From: Porphyridium purpureum
Taxonomy: Eukaryota
Assembly: GCA_008690995.1 (NCBI GenBank)
Contig: VRMN01000022.1
Span: 1 to 64,000, forward strand
Length of the DNA: 64,000 nucleotides
Direction of reading: 5' to 3'
Below, piece by piece: positions 44,127 through 55,683 of this stretch. The notes under the pieces are model-generated. The model saw only the letters and a list, made by a program, of their open reading frames with translations, searched no databases and was not told the origin of the DNA. The stretch's first letter is position 1. Each line of letters begins with the position of its first letter. The position numbers and the translations under genes are program-made.

Positions 44127-47100
44127 ATGCCTTCACTTTCCTCGCCGCGTTCTTGTCTTCAGCAATCGTTCTCTTTTATGCCTGCCGGTACCTCGTTGAT
44201 GTCGCCGGCAAGCTACATTCTCGCGTCTGGAACGATGGAGCGACCACTCTTGGTGCGCTGCTTCTCATCTCATGGGACATCGCGGAGCGTATCCTCGGAA
44301 GACCGCAATCCATCTTTGCGATCACTTCCGGCTGGCGCTTCGTATAGAGGCAGCAACAGACGCCAACGACATCGGGAAAACTGTGCCACAGGCGCCTTGA
44401 ATCGACAACTCAAGGCGATGTTGGCGAATGTGGCCACCACGCCCATCCGACTCGAGCACCTCCATCTCGTGCTGAATCAAGACTACTCGCGCGGCGCAAA
44501 CGTGGGAATGAATGGAGCAGAAAATACGGCGGCGCTCAGTGCAGATGCGGATGTTGGGGCTAGCGCAGGGGTAAAAGCGACAGGTGCACTCGAGACGCAC
44601 TCATTTGCCAACATGCGAACGCGCCTCAACCACGATAGTGTCTTGCTGTTGCTGCAGATCGCTCGCACGTTGGACAAGGAAGACGTAACACCGCGACAAC
44701 GATTGGCATTCGTGCTCCGTGTAATTCAGCGCGCACGCGAGCAGCTCGGGCGCCCCAACAGGCACGCTCTGCGTAAGAACGAATCGACCTTGATCACGCA
44801 TGTGTTAGCGATCGCGCGCCCATGCGGCGAAAACGCCGCGCGCGCCGTCCAAGCAGTGCAAAAAGTGATGGCACAGCACGCGCGCTTGCGGAGCTTAAGA
44901 CTGAGCCCTCTTGCATACCGTGGACTCATCGGTCACTTTAGCAATTGCGCTCGGCCGTCGCTCGCTGTCGATGCATTTTATGGGGCGCTGCGTGCGTACG
45001 GGCCTGATGCAGGAGGTGCCTTGACATTCGTGTCTTTAATCGACGCGCTTCTTCGAAATGAACTGGATGATGCCGCAGCCATCGTGTGGGAAATGGTGCG
45101 CTCGCCGCCCTTTTCCGAATGTGTGCTCATGGATGCTGCGTTACTCGACGCCGGGGCGCATGTACTGCTTTGTGAAACCAGCCGGAAGCATGCAATGGCA
45201 CAGACTGAGACAGAGCGTACAAAATCATCCCGCGCCCGTTCGAAGAGAATAGTCGAAATGCAGCTTTTCGAGCGGCAAATGAACGAACAGGCTCGATGGA
45301 TTGGCACCAAATATCGCGAGCTCGGCGTTCCGCCACGACGGCATGCGCTCGCAGCACTCACAAGGGCTTGTATTGACGCTGGCAAACTGGGTGCAGCCCG
45401 TGCGCACTTGCAGTGGAGTGCACGGTTGGGTTACGAACTGCGCGAAGTCGATCTTCAAGCGTACATGAGCGCTTGCGCAGTCTTCAACGAGCCGCAGCAA
45501 CTGTTGTACCTTGGACTCGGAAGCGCGCTGCGCAATGAGCGCGTGCCTTTGCTTCGTGACTACACGGCAGAGCTTTTCGCCGTGGTATGCAATGGCCAGC
45601 TTGACGTGCGCGACGCTGCCGCATGTCTGCATTTTCTTCTCTCGCCGCCTTTGCTTGGCATTCACAGAGGCGTGACTGATCCGCTCACACGCCAGTACGC
45701 CCTTTACATAGGCGCACGCGCGAGCAATGCCCAGCTGATTCGACGTTTGACAGCTGACATGCATTATGTTGCTATTGTACGTGACATGTACGAATCTCTC
45801 CATGAAAAGGCTGTGAGCTCCGACGATGAAGGTAGCGATGACGCGGGCGAAAATCGCTTAGTGGCATCCGCGCACAGCTTTTATGGCGCCAAGGTAATCA
45901 GCTCGCTACTGGCCCTTCGGCTACCGCCACCGCGTGGTTTCGTTCATTTGCCGCGTCAGGGCACGTGGACGGCAGTGCAAGCGAGCGAAGGGCTTGGTGC
46001 GCAAAAACATATGTCCCGTGAGTCATCGCCTTTATTGAACGAGCAACTCGAGTTCGTCCTGCATGAGCACGAGACTCACCCGGACGCCGAACTGCTGGCT
46101 GCCATCGCGCAGTCAATGCTGAAGACCGTCCGCGACGAGGAAGGAAGACGTGTCGGTGGACAGCACGAAGCTCAATTTATGCTCGATGAATGGAGCGTGC
46201 ACGCCGCCCTGCGCATGGCTAGGCTCATGCCAGACACACCCAGGGATTGCGCGCGATTTAGATTCTTGTTTGGATTGCGACTGCTGCAGGCAGCTCGGCT
46301 CCAAGGTGTGGAGTTCAATTCATTCACACTCACTCACATGCTCCCACTTGCCCGGTCGTGCAACAAGGTGAATGTCACCGAAGCAATCAAGCACCTAATT
46401 CAGAGGCAAGCAGAACAAGGCCAGCGGTTGAGCCCGCACGCCATAGCTGTAGACCGTTTACTTAGCCCCATAGCGTACTACGGCTTGATCAGTCACTACG
46501 CGCTGTGTGTGCGGCCAGAGCTTTGCTTGGCAGCTTTCTACGAGCTTCTGCGCGTACACGGCGCGGGAGCGGCGGGGGCAGACGCATTTGCAGGAGTGAT
46601 GCACGGGCTGCTCAACAGTCGCAACGTGCGCGGAGCAGTGCGCGCTTGGTGTGCGATGCGCGAGAGGAGCACGCCGGCCTTTGACAGATTGGTGATAGAT
46701 AGCCACGTACTGACCGCCGGTGCGCGGCTCTGTGCCACTGCGAGCCCGCAAGACTTCTTCGAGACCGACTCTCTCGCCGAGCACGCGCAGTGGATTGCGC
46801 ACCAGCACAAAGTTCTCGCGCTGGTTCCTAGTTGTTTGACGCTGCACCAGCTTACAGTCGCATGTATCCACGCGTCAGACTTTTCGCAAGCGCTGTCGTA
46901 CATGCGCGCCGTGCTCGATGCCGGACATGCTCTGCAGGAAAGGCAAGTGCAGGCGTTCATCAGGGAAACCGCAAATCGCGGTGCGCAACAGTATTTGCTG
47001 CCGCTAGGTAAGGTGCTGGCCCGCCGACATGGTGCGCGAGACCTCGCGGAAAACAAGCAGACGCAACTCGCCACGGATGAGCGGCAGCGGCTTCGGCTCC

Positions 47101-48155
47101 TGCGCAGATTTTTGGAAGCGCTTTATGACGCCGTATGCGAAAGGCAGCTGCACGCGCACGACGCGTATGTGGCAGCCCGGCATGTGTTCGAGTCGTGGAT
47201 TTGGGGAAGCATGTGGGATGGCACCCTTTTGGGCGCCCACACGCTCGCGCCTGAGCCTCTCGCTACGCGCATTGATAGCGAAGCGCGCATGCTGGACAGC
47301 GTGTTGGCCAGTTACATGGTCTTCCTGGCAGCGTCTGCCGAGGATGTGCCGTTCGCTTTGCGCGTAGCAGATGCGTGCCACGCGCGAGAGCCGGATCTAA
47401 AGGCCAATATGCTCAAGGCCTTTGCCTATGCTGCGCTCATCGAACAGTGTTTGCGTGAACGGCGCGTCGCCGCAGTGCTGGGACTAGCATTCGGCGGTGA
47501 GCTCGATGTGGACAGGGGGAACAACAAAGAATCGCAAGTTACACTGCGCCATGGCTCTCAGCAACAGCGCATCGACGCGTATGTGTCAGCATGCGTTGCA
47601 GCGAGTGTCATTTTGACATGCGGTCGTCTTGGGCGCATGGACTTGTGCGGTACGGTGTACGCGCAGCTGGCTCCGGTGTCACGCACCGTGAGTGCAGCAA
47701 CGTCATACATGCTGCAGCTCGCTCTGACCAGGCCGTCCCGTACACGCGCCGCCATTCGAGTGTTTCGGAAGCTGCATGAGCGGCACGCGTGGTCGCTGGG
47801 CGAGGTGACTTATTCTGCGCTCGGCTCGGTTCTTCTGCGCGGCGCTCGCATGCGCGAGATCGACGCGCATGAGGCTGCTGAGCTTCTCCAATACATTGAG
47901 CATTTTATTGATGGAGAACGCGCCGAGTGGGCAAACAAGGGCCAGGATCCATTTAAATTGCGTGCAGAGCTGGAAGACGCACTGAGTCGCTCGAGCCCCG
48001 GTCCGCACCGAGCCGACCTTGAACGCGAGTGGGCTCGCGTGCGCCGAAAGTCAGATACTTTGAACCGCCTGCGGGCCAAGGTAGGGCGATTGCGCTCCCT
48101 GATTCGGCGCGGTGTGCGCAGGAAAGAGCGCGCGACCAGAAATCGTGAAACGTGA
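44127..48155 (+). CDS. PPR-like helical repeat protein (paralogue 3) with an internally duplicated module
   Basis: LSPLAYRGLIGHFSNCARPSLA and LSPIAYYGLISHYALCVRPELC are two copies of the module shared with paralogues 1 and 2. The ORF opens at 43656; ATG 44127 is a guess. Confidence 0.75.
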   Translation: MPSLSSPRSCLQQSFSFMPAGTSLMSPASYILASGTMERPLLVRCFSSHGTSRSVSSEDRNPSLRSLPAGASYRGSNRRQRHRENCATGALNRQLKAMLANVATTPIRLEHLHLVLNQDYSRGANVGMNGAENTAALSADADVGASAGVKATGALETHSFANMRTRLNHDSVLLLLQIARTLDKEDVTPRQRLAFVLRVIQRAREQLGRPNRHALRKNESTLITHVLAIARPCGENAARAVQAVQKVMAQHARLRSLRLSPLAYRGLIGHFSNCARPSLAVDAFYGALRAYGPDAGGALTFVSLIDALLRNELDDAAAIVWEMVRSPPFSECVLMDAALLDAGAHVLLCETSRKHAMAQTETERTKSSRARSKRIVEMQLFERQMNEQARWIGTKYRELGVPPRRHALAALTRACIDAGKLGAARAHLQWSARLGYELREVDLQAYMSACAVFNEPQQLLYLGLGSALRNERVPLLRDYTAELFAVVCNGQLDVRDAAACLHFLLSPPLLGIHRGVTDPLTRQYALYIGARASNAQLIRRLTADMHYVAIVRDMYESLHEKAVSSDDEGSDDAGENRLVASAHSFYGAKVISSLLALRLPPPRGFVHLPRQGTWTAVQASEGLGAQKHMSRESSPLLNEQLEFVLHEHETHPDAELLAAIAQSMLKTVRDEEGRRVGGQHEAQFMLDEWSVHAALRMARLMPDTPRDCARFRFLFGLRLLQAARLQGVEFNSFTLTHMLPLARSCNKVNVTEAIKHLIQRQAEQGQRLSPHAIAVDRLLSPIAYYGLISHYALCVRPELCLAAFYELLRVHGAGAAGADAFAGVMHGLLNSRNVRGAVRAWCAMRERSTPAFDRLVIDSHVLTAGARLCATASPQDFFETDSLAEHAQWIAHQHKVLALVPSCLTLHQLTVACIHASDFSQALSYMRAVLDAGHALQERQVQAFIRETANRGAQQYLLPLGKVLARRHGARDLAENKQTQLATDERQRLRLLRRFLEALYDAVCERQLHAHDAYVAARHVFESWIWGSMWDGTLLGAHTLAPEPLATRIDSEARMLDSVLASYMVFLAASAEDVPFALRVADACHAREPDLKANMLKAFAYAALIEQCLRERRVAAVLGLAFGGELDVDRGNNKESQVTLRHGSQQQRIDAYVSACVAASVILTCGRLGRMDLCGTVYAQLAPVSRTVSAATSYMLQLALTRPSRTRAAIRVFRKLHERHAWSLGEVTYSALGSVLLRGARMREIDAHEAAELLQYIEHFIDGERAEWANKGQDPFKLRAELEDALSRSSPGPHRADLEREWARVRRKSDTLNRLRAKVGRLRSLIRRGVRRKERATRNRET

Positions 48156-49470
48156 GAGCATGTGCCGGACTAGGTTCCATGCGGATGACTGAGCACTTTG
48201 TGGACACGTCAGAGAGCCAGAGACGGCTTGAGTAATTGGCTCTAGCCAGTATTTATAGTTTCACCAACATTTCGTTTTTCGGCATGGCCTTGCAAGCGGC
48301 ACAGCACATACCATCCTGTGGGCATCCAGGACCACATCGAGCTGCTGGGCCATTCACATAGCACGCACACTGCAAGCACCAGCCTCTCCCGATGCCAAAC
48401 GCGAGTCGAGCGGTGTGCCGACCCGACGTCAGCGAAACTTCGTCGAGGCGAAGGTCACTTGCTCAACACCCACCCATCCACGTCATGCAATGCTTTCCGC
48501 TGGTGCGGCGTTGGCCATATTGGGCCGCCAGCCGTTCCATTGTTCACGCAGGCATGTCAAGATGCCAAGCTTGCGCGTGAGGAAGAACGATGGGTCATTC
48601 GAGAAGAATCGACGCGGGGTTTTCAGAGTGGAAAGGAGAATGAGCAGGAAATTCGATGATTGGACGGAAGCGAGCATCGGCTTCAGAGAAAAGCTTAGTG
48701 GCAGCCATTCCAGAGATATGATTTTCGCACGAGCCCAAGCCAAACGCGGGTGGGGCTGCTTCACTTTGCCTCGACGGTAGAACCATCTTATTTAAAACGA
48801 TACCTTGACGTAAACTTTGGAGGTCTGCAGGTTGGTACCTCGGACACCTTCGCCGTCACCACAACGGGCGTGTCTTGCACCACTTTCGATCGGGTGCTTT
48901 ACATGAAGTTCGACCACAGCATCGTGTCTACTGTTGAGCCTGAAGCCTTCCATACTTTCGATAAAATAAAAAAACTCTTGCATGAGACGCTATTCGTGTC
49001 CAAGGTCACAAGCCACGTTTCTGCGATATTTGGGTCTTCCTGATCGCGTCGTAGAACTCTGTTGCTTTGTTCAAGAGGACCTCCCACAACTCGATTTCTC
49101 TTTGGTTGATGAAATTCATCCAACGTTCTCAGAAGCCTCTGAATCAGTTTCTGGTTGAAGTATTCCACGTTGTTCTTACCGGGCTCAGCGAAATTGAGCT
49201 CAGCCACATCCTCCACTGATCGCTTCAAATGATGCCAGCTCTGTCTGGTCCAAGAGGCGTGTCCCGATCATCTGTATTTCCGGTCGCCACAAGTCGTGCA
49301 AGCAGAGCTAGAGTCTTCTGCTGAAATCGTACCCGCCGTCCTTGTGGGTGATCAATCGACCTTTGTGACGAATCATACCAGACATGCCTGGTTGTTGCCC
49401 TTTAATTCTTTCACTCAGTCTGAGAGCTTCGCAAAGATCCTCATCTATCTCACACAAGCTTGCCACCGGC

Positions 49471-52400
49471 TCATGACAACATGACGCGCGGCTGCGACGG
49501 GCCACCCAAAAGCATTGCATCATCGCTCGCGTTTTCGTCACGGTGATCCGCGTCACGTGTTTTAAAGCGTGCGCAGCAATGCTCAAAGAAAGCGCGGTCA
49601 CGCCGCGAGCATGAGGGTCTCGCGGTCAGCATAGCGTGTTCCACTGCACGTGCCAATGCTTCGCCAAAGTGTTTGCTCTGCTCTGCTTGCTCGTCGCGCT
49701 CAACCACACCTCGAGCGAGGTGCAGCTGCGCGGAAGCAACCACAGCATGCAAGTCTGCCCCAGAGAAGCCGGGTGTGCGCTGAGCGAGGTCCAAGCAGTC
49801 TATCTGAAATGTCACGTGACTTGTCGGGCCGGAAGCGGTTGCGTCCGCGTGGACCACTGCCTGTGCTTGGTCGCCATTTGAGGCACTCTGCACACCCGCA
49901 TCACCACCATGCCACGCCAAGAGTGGCTCAAACGCGCGCTTCAAAATATCGACGCGTTCCTGCTCGTCAGGAAAGTCGCAGTGCAGCCATTTATCGAGCC
50001 GACCGGGTCGGAGCAGCGCAGGATCAATAAGATCGGGTCGACTCGTTGCGGCAAGCACAAATACGCCCGCGTGCAATTGCTCGACGCCGTCCATGCACGT
50101 GAGCAGGGCATTGACTACACGATCAGCCACGCCGGTGGTGTCGCCACCGCGAACTGGCGCGAGCGCTTCAAATTCGTCAAAGAAGATCATGCAAGGCGCC
50201 GCGGCCGATGCACGTGAAAAAACGTCGCGCACAGCCGCCTCGCTTGCACCGATGTACTTACTCAGAAGCTCAGGGCCCTTGACACTGATGGCGCGCAGCG
50301 CACAGCGAGGCCCCGCGGCGCGAGCCAGCAAGGTCTTGCCGCAGCCCGGTGGTCCGAATAGCAGCACACCGCTCGGTGCCTTGAGAGGCGCGTGGGCGAA
50401 AAGTCGGGCGTATTTGGACGGCAGCAGCAAAACGTCAAGCAGCTCACGCTTCGCGGCGTGCAATCCACCGATGCGATTCCACGCCAGCGCCGGCTCGCCT
50501 GCGTCGGAGGCTTGGGCTCCCATGGATTCTGCCTGAAGCTGCACTGTACGCGCCTCGAGCATTGCGTGCGGCTTGAAGGTGGCCTGTATCCGTTGCATTG
50601 CCAGCAGCTTGTCCCATTCTGCTTCCGTGCCCATTTTCAAAGCACCCTGACCGTCTGGCAAGTTGCGCTCTTCGCGCCCACGTGAGCACTTGTACAGCTG
50701 CAATTCTACTTTGGCAACCTCCACGAATCGAATCATATCCTGCATCGAGTACCCATCCATACCTTCTGCCAGACGCTGCATATTCAAAGGTCCGTGCTCC
50801 GGCGCAGCCGCGGCACGTTCTCGAATAGACACGGCGTGATTTGGCGGCGACAGGTTCAGAGCACGGGACAAGAAATCTGCGCGGCGTTCCGTGTCTGGCA
50901 GCTGAAGCATGTGAGTTTGTGCAAACAAGCCTGGGTACTGCATGATCTCATGCAAAGCATCAGGAGCGGTACTGGTTGCCAGGATGCCCACTTGCATACC
51001 TGGATCACAAAACACATGAAGGCATTCATCCATAAGAACACTTGCTATCGCCGCGGTGCCGGCGTCCACGTGCTGATCCTGGTAGTGGTCGTCACTTGAC
51101 ACAGCCGGGAGCAACAGATGCAAGTCATCCAAGATCAATAGAGCCGGAAAGCTGCGCCGCGCGCGGGCAAACACGGCGCGGAGTCGTTGCACACTTGCCG
51201 AGCGGGGTTCACCCACATGAGCCGCACATCGCAACCACATCACGCGCACAAGCGCGCGCACTTGTAGAGCGCGCCCTACAGCAGCACACACAAAGCTCTT
51301 ACCAGTACCAGGCTTTCCGCACAGAAGCATTGCGCTCACCCGCATCAGCGACCTTGACTTGAAGCATTGGCTTGCGCCTTTCAAGTCCAGTACGCGCTCG
51401 AAAAAGGAGTGCAGCTGTTCAAATGCGTCGCGCGCCTGCGCGCCATCCAACTGCAGGTCGCGCGCAGCACTTGCAAAACCTGATTTACTACCCTCGCGCA
51501 TACCATGCCGCTGCAGCAAATCACTTGCGTGTGGACGAGCGTACAGCTCAGGCCAAGTGCAAAATCCCCCACAGGTCAATGTCAACGCCGTGACCTCGGA
51601 TGACGGATTTTCCCACTTGAACAACTGTCGTGACGACTCACCTGGTGGTGCTTGGTGCACGCGCGCGGGGTCCGGCTGCACGATGCCCGCAAAGGGTGGC
51701 GGCGTGTCATCAAGCACAACCAGTACAAAGACACTGTCCATTCCCTGCGCGCTCGATGCGTCTGTGGCCTCAGCGACACTGTCCACCTGGACGACAAACG
51801 AACCTGCTGTAATCGCTGCAAAGGGAGTGGCTTGCTCTGAGGTGTGCAGCACTGATTGCAAGGCGATGCGCAGCTCGGCCACGGACGGCGTCGCGGCGCG
51901 CGCTCTGAGCGCCTCTTGTGTGCCATCCTCACGTAAGCAGACATAAAACGTAGCACGCGATGCCACGCGAGCACCACCCACATTGATTGGTGCGACGCGC
52001 TCGAGCTCGACATGATCAAGCGCGCATGCATGTATCGTGCGGGCAAGCTCTGCGCGCACAGCAACGTGATTGGTGTGTACAGGCTCATATCCGCTTCGGC
52101 TCAGTGTCACAGCTGCACTCGCATTAACGTCTGCGCAGTCTGCGCAGTCTGTGCGGTCCGGGACGTCGACCGCAACGCAAACCATCACAAGCGGCAGCGC
52201 GCGCTTCCCGAGGCTAACACTGGCAGGGCAGTGCAGTGCAAACCACTCACCTGATGCGCCGGGCTCGATGCGTAGCGCACGAGCAGTGTTCGCACATACT
52301 CGTACGGAGTTCCACGCTGCGTGTCGTCCAGAACCCCGACAGGCGACCTGAGCGCAATCATCCCCGTCATGCCACGGCTGAACGCGCAGACGCGCGCAAA

Positions 52401-53016
52401 GAAATGGCGCGTCTACATGTGCTCCATGCTGCTCCCTGAGGTTCTCTTCTTGCTCATTGTCCTGAGGCGGCGGAATCACTTCAAAGCTGGTGCTTGTATC
52501 AAGCTGCACGGGGACCGTACGCGAGGAGCTTGCAAGCGCGTCAGCCTGCACGTGCACGACAAGCAGCGCGACACTGCTGCCTCCGGGCATGCGGAGCGGG
52601 ACAAGCATGCCGCTCGCTACAACGCGGATTTGCGCTAAAATGCAGTCCTCGAGCACGCCGGCGTTCAAAAACACGACCTGCCAGTCGCGCGTGCCGCGTT
52701 CTGGCTGCACCTGCACGCGCTTCGCGCGCGGCAGTTCTGGAATGGCCTCCACGTGATACATGGAGGCGTGCTGCACGCCCAGCCGGGACCCAAATGTCGC
52801 ACTCATACTAAAATGATTAGCAATGCCGGACGATGCGCCTTCCCAGCTCGCGTACATGGTATTCACGGCTGCATCTGCGATCTGCTCGACTGGCCGGATC
52901 CGCAGAAACAGCCGGGTGGTAGGCGACAGACTGTGGCACACGCCCGGAGGAAGCCTCACAAAACAGTCGGCATTGGATGCGGCTGCAGCAAAGTCCAAGT
53001 GCGCCTGAAGCTCCAT
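49471..53016 (-). CDS. PEX1: Peroxin 1, AAA+ ATPase
   Basis: N-terminal CFVRLP and DWQVVFLNAGVLEDCILAQIRVV (PEX1-N). D1 GKPGTGKS / LILDDL; D2 GPPGCGKT, VKGPELLSKYIGASE, FFDEFE, ATSRPDLIDPALLRPGRLD. Confidence 0.95.
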   Translation of the reverse strand: MELQAHLDFAAAASNADCFVRLPPGVCHSLSPTTRLFLRIRPVEQIADAAVNTMYASWEGASSGIANHFSMSATFGSRLGVQHASMYHVEAIPELPRAKRVQVQPERGTRDWQVVFLNAGVLEDCILAQIRVVASGMLVPLRMPGGSSVALLVVHVQADALASSSRTVPVQLDTSTSFEVIPPPQDNEQEENLREQHGAHVDAPFLCARLRVQPWHDGDDCAQVACRGSGRHAAWNSVRVCANTARALRIEPGASGEWFALHCPASVSLGKRALPLVMVCVAVDVPDRTDCADCADVNASAAVTLSRSGYEPVHTNHVAVRAELARTIHACALDHVELERVAPINVGGARVASRATFYVCLREDGTQEALRARAATPSVAELRIALQSVLHTSEQATPFAAITAGSFVVQVDSVAEATDASSAQGMDSVFVLVVLDDTPPPFAGIVQPDPARVHQAPPGESSRQLFKWENPSSEVTALTLTCGGFCTWPELYARPHASDLLQRHGMREGSKSGFASAARDLQLDGAQARDAFEQLHSFFERVLDLKGASQCFKSRSLMRVSAMLLCGKPGTGKSFVCAAVGRALQVRALVRVMWLRCAAHVGEPRSASVQRLRAVFARARRSFPALLILDDLHLLLPAVSSDDHYQDQHVDAGTAAIASVLMDECLHVFCDPGMQVGILATSTAPDALHEIMQYPGLFAQTHMLQLPDTERRADFLSRALNLSPPNHAVSIRERAAAAPEHGPLNMQRLAEGMDGYSMQDMIRFVEVAKVELQLYKCSRGREERNLPDGQGALKMGTEAEWDKLLAMQRIQATFKPHAMLEARTVQLQAESMGAQASDAGEPALAWNRIGGLHAAKRELLDVLLLPSKYARLFAHAPLKAPSGVLLFGPPGCGKTLLARAAGPRCALRAISVKGPELLSKYIGASEAAVRDVFSRASAAAPCMIFFDEFEALAPVRGGDTTGVADRVVNALLTCMDGVEQLHAGVFVLAATSRPDLIDPALLRPGRLDKWLHCDFPDEQERVDILKRAFEPLLAWHGGDAGVQSASNGDQAQAVVHADATASGPTSHVTFQIDCLDLAQRTPGFSGADLHAVVASAQLHLARGVVERDEQAEQSKHFGEALARAVEHAMLTARPSCSRRDRAFFEHCCARFKTRDADHRDENASDDAMLLGGPSQPRVMLS

Positions 53017-54093
53017 ACTGCTGTATCAGCCTTGCGACACCTAGCAGAGGTTCCATCCGTCACGAGAAGATCCCGGGAAAGCGCAGAAGAGCGGAAGCGC
53101 GATATGATCGAACGCGCGAGTCATGATCACCACGAGAGAGAAAGAGACAGGCGGAGAATACAATCCGTACTGAGTGTTAGACTTGAGGGGCTCTTTTCAA
53201 GCTTTAGCGATTCGCGCAGGTATCCAGTGTGGGTGCCGAGATGGCCGATTTGTGTCTTGCGTGGGCGGCCGGATCCAACCACTCAAAGGGAAAGAGGAGC
53301 GGCGCGTTTGAGCCCAACGCAAGACTGTGAGTGTTTCTCTTTTTCTATCGGCCGAGATGATTTGAATTGTGCAGGCCACCTCGCGGGGTTTCTGACGTCC
53401 CACGAGCTAGACCTGAATCCATGCCCAATCCTCGGCCGTATGGCTAAACTTCAAATGCGGCGTCACATGCGGCGCGCAAGCGCAGTTCATGCGGGACGTC
53501 TCAGCTTACCAATGTGTACCTCTCTCGCACGTGCACGAATCGGGACGAGCGGGTCACGCCGCGTTCCGAGCGTCCTCGGCCTGGTGAGGCCCACGCGCCG
53601 TGCTCACGTTCGGCTGGCGGCCTGTTCAGCGCATACTTTGGATTGAGAGCGCTTGCGTCCACCAAGCCTGATGCGAACAGCCCGCTCCTTCACCTTGACG
53701 CGACACGCCGGCGCGTCGGCCACGCGAGCGCAGCGGCTCGCGCCTGTACCGCCAAACGCGGGAACCCTAAAGCGACAAAGCCAAGGACGGCCGACGACGC
53801 AGCCGCCGGCCGCACGACGCGACGCGCACGGTGCGCGAGACGCTGCGTCCAAGGCTGTGCGCATGGCAACACCTAGCGCCCGCGCCTCGCCTGAACTGCT
53901 TTATTTATATACATCTGTTCGAAACATGAACAATTGTGGAGCCCCTTGTGGGTGTTCGCCGCCGCATTCGCTCCCACAAAGAGCTCTTGCGACGCCCCGG
54001 AACTCATGTGTACCGGAGCTCAAGGATACAGTCGAGCCCGAGGCGCTGCTGCCACGGAGGTGACTTGCGTGCGTGCACCGCGCGCGTCCGCGT

Positions 54094-54414
54094 TCACGTC
54101 AGCAAGAAATTGGCCACCATGAGCAACTCGAGCGCGGCGTCGCGCGGAATGTTGAAAATTGGCGGCGGGCTGTCCGAGTCCTTGTACTGATTGCGAAAGT
54201 AAAAGTACTGGCAGACTGTCTCGAGCAAGCGCGCCGGGATCTCCGGCAACCGCAGCGTGCGCGACTGCGCCTCAGCAAAGCCGCCGTCCATCAGCGTGCG
54301 AATAAACTCGGACGCGTGCGCGCATTCGGCGTGCAGCAAGAACTCGAAGCCGTCGCCGCTGACCAGCCGCAAGTAGCCCTCGGGCACCTCCTCAAACTCG
54401 CTCGGAACCACCAT
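54094..54414 (-). CDS. ELOC: Elongin C
   Basis: LVSGDGFEF..ASEFIRTLM..FAEA..LPEIPARLLETVCQYFYF..FNIPRDAALELLMVANFL. ATG at 54414. Confidence 0.93.
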   Translation of the reverse strand: MVVPSEFEEVPEGYLRLVSGDGFEFLLHAECAHASEFIRTLMDGGFAEAQSRTLRLPEIPARLLETVCQYFYFRNQYKDSDSPPPIFNIPRDAALELLMVANFLLT

Positions 54415-54882
54415 TGCCGCGCACACACCGCACTTGCCCTCTCGCCACAGCCCCACTCTTCTCTCTCCCTCCTTTTTCCCCCCACCCTCCAGGCCCACAA
54501 CCAACCCTGGTTCCCACTGTACTTCAGGTGTCCAGTGGGTGTCCAGTGGGTGTTCAACAGTTGTTCAGTAGATGTTCAGCAGGGTGTTCAGCTCGTGTTT
54601 TTCTCGGTTTTGCGCCAGCGCGGCAGACGGAAGTTGCGGGAAGCGCGTAAGGGGAATGGTAGACGTATAGAGAGATCTGCTGCGGGTCGGACGACAAGGT
54701 GCGTGCGTCAGGGTGGGAAGTGATCAGCCCGCGATCTGCCGACACTTGCATCGGACACCGGCTCTAGCGTGCGCCAGTCGCTGCGTGGGCGGAGGGAGTG
54801 GGTGACGCGCAGCGGTTCGTGGACACATACGCGTTTGGCTTTTGTCGGTTCTCGGCGCCGCCGCAGACGCAAGTGCATCGTC

Positions 54883-55683
54883 ATGTTTAGGAATCAGTAT
54901 GACACAGACATCACAACGTACAGTCCGCAGGGGCGTGTGCATCAGATCGAGTACGCCATGGAGGCCGTGAAGCAGGGCTCTGCCGTCGTGGGGCTGCGCT
55001 CTGCGACGCACGTGGTGCTCGCCACGCTCAAGCGCTCGTCTTCCGAGCTGGCAAGTAACCAGCGCAAGCTGTTCGAGATCGACTCGCACGTGGGCATTGC
55101 GATCGCAGGGCTCACAGCCGACGCGCGCGTGCTCACCCGCTTCATGCGCGCCGAGTGTCACAACCACCAGTACGTGTACGAGACACCCATGCCGCTATCA
55201 CGGCTTGTGCTGGCTGTTGCGGACAAATCGCAGGTCGCCACGCAGCGCGCATCCAAGCGACCGTTTGGTGTTGGGCTGCTCGTGGCCGGCTACGACACCA
55301 CGGGCGCGCATTTGTATCAGACGTGCCCCTCGGGAAATTATTTCGAGTACGAGGCGTTTGCGATCGGAGCGCGCTCTCAATCCGCAAAGACGTACCTCGA
55401 GAAGCATTTTGAGTCGTTCGCAGCGCTTTCGCTGGAAGAATTGTGCCGCCACGCCATCCTCGCGCTGCAGGAGACCGTCGCTTCAAGCAAGGACACAGAG
55501 CTCACGACCAGAAACACCGCGCTTGCGTTTGTTGGCCGCGACACGCCATGGACCATGGTCGAGGACGACAGCGTCGAGGAGTATCTGCTGGTGCTCGACG
55601 CAGAGGACGAGCTCGAGGAGGGCGACGCGGACGCCGCGCGACAGCAGCCGCAGCAGCCTCCCGCTGCCATGGACGAGAGTTAG
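54883..55683 (+). CDS. PSMA1: 20S proteasome subunit alpha type-1 (alpha-6/PRE5)
   Basis: MFRNQYDTDITTYSPQGRVHQIEYAMEAVKQGSA, RPFGVGLLVAG, AIGARSQSAKTYLEK. Confidence 0.97.
   Translation: MFRNQYDTDITTYSPQGRVHQIEYAMEAVKQGSAVVGLRSATHVVLATLKRSSSELASNQRKLFEIDSHVGIAIAGLTADARVLTRFMRAECHNHQYVYETPMPLSRLVLAVADKSQVATQRASKRPFGVGLLVAGYDTTGAHLYQTCPSGNYFEYEAFAIGARSQSAKTYLEKHFESFAALSLEELCRHAILALQETVASSKDTELTTRNTALAFVGRDTPWTMVEDDSVEEYLLVLDAEDELEEGDADAARQQPQQPPAAMDES

Noticed and set aside
48200..49460. Possible gene between the PPR-like cluster and PEX1
   Set aside because: Only short ORFs on both strands with no recognisable family.
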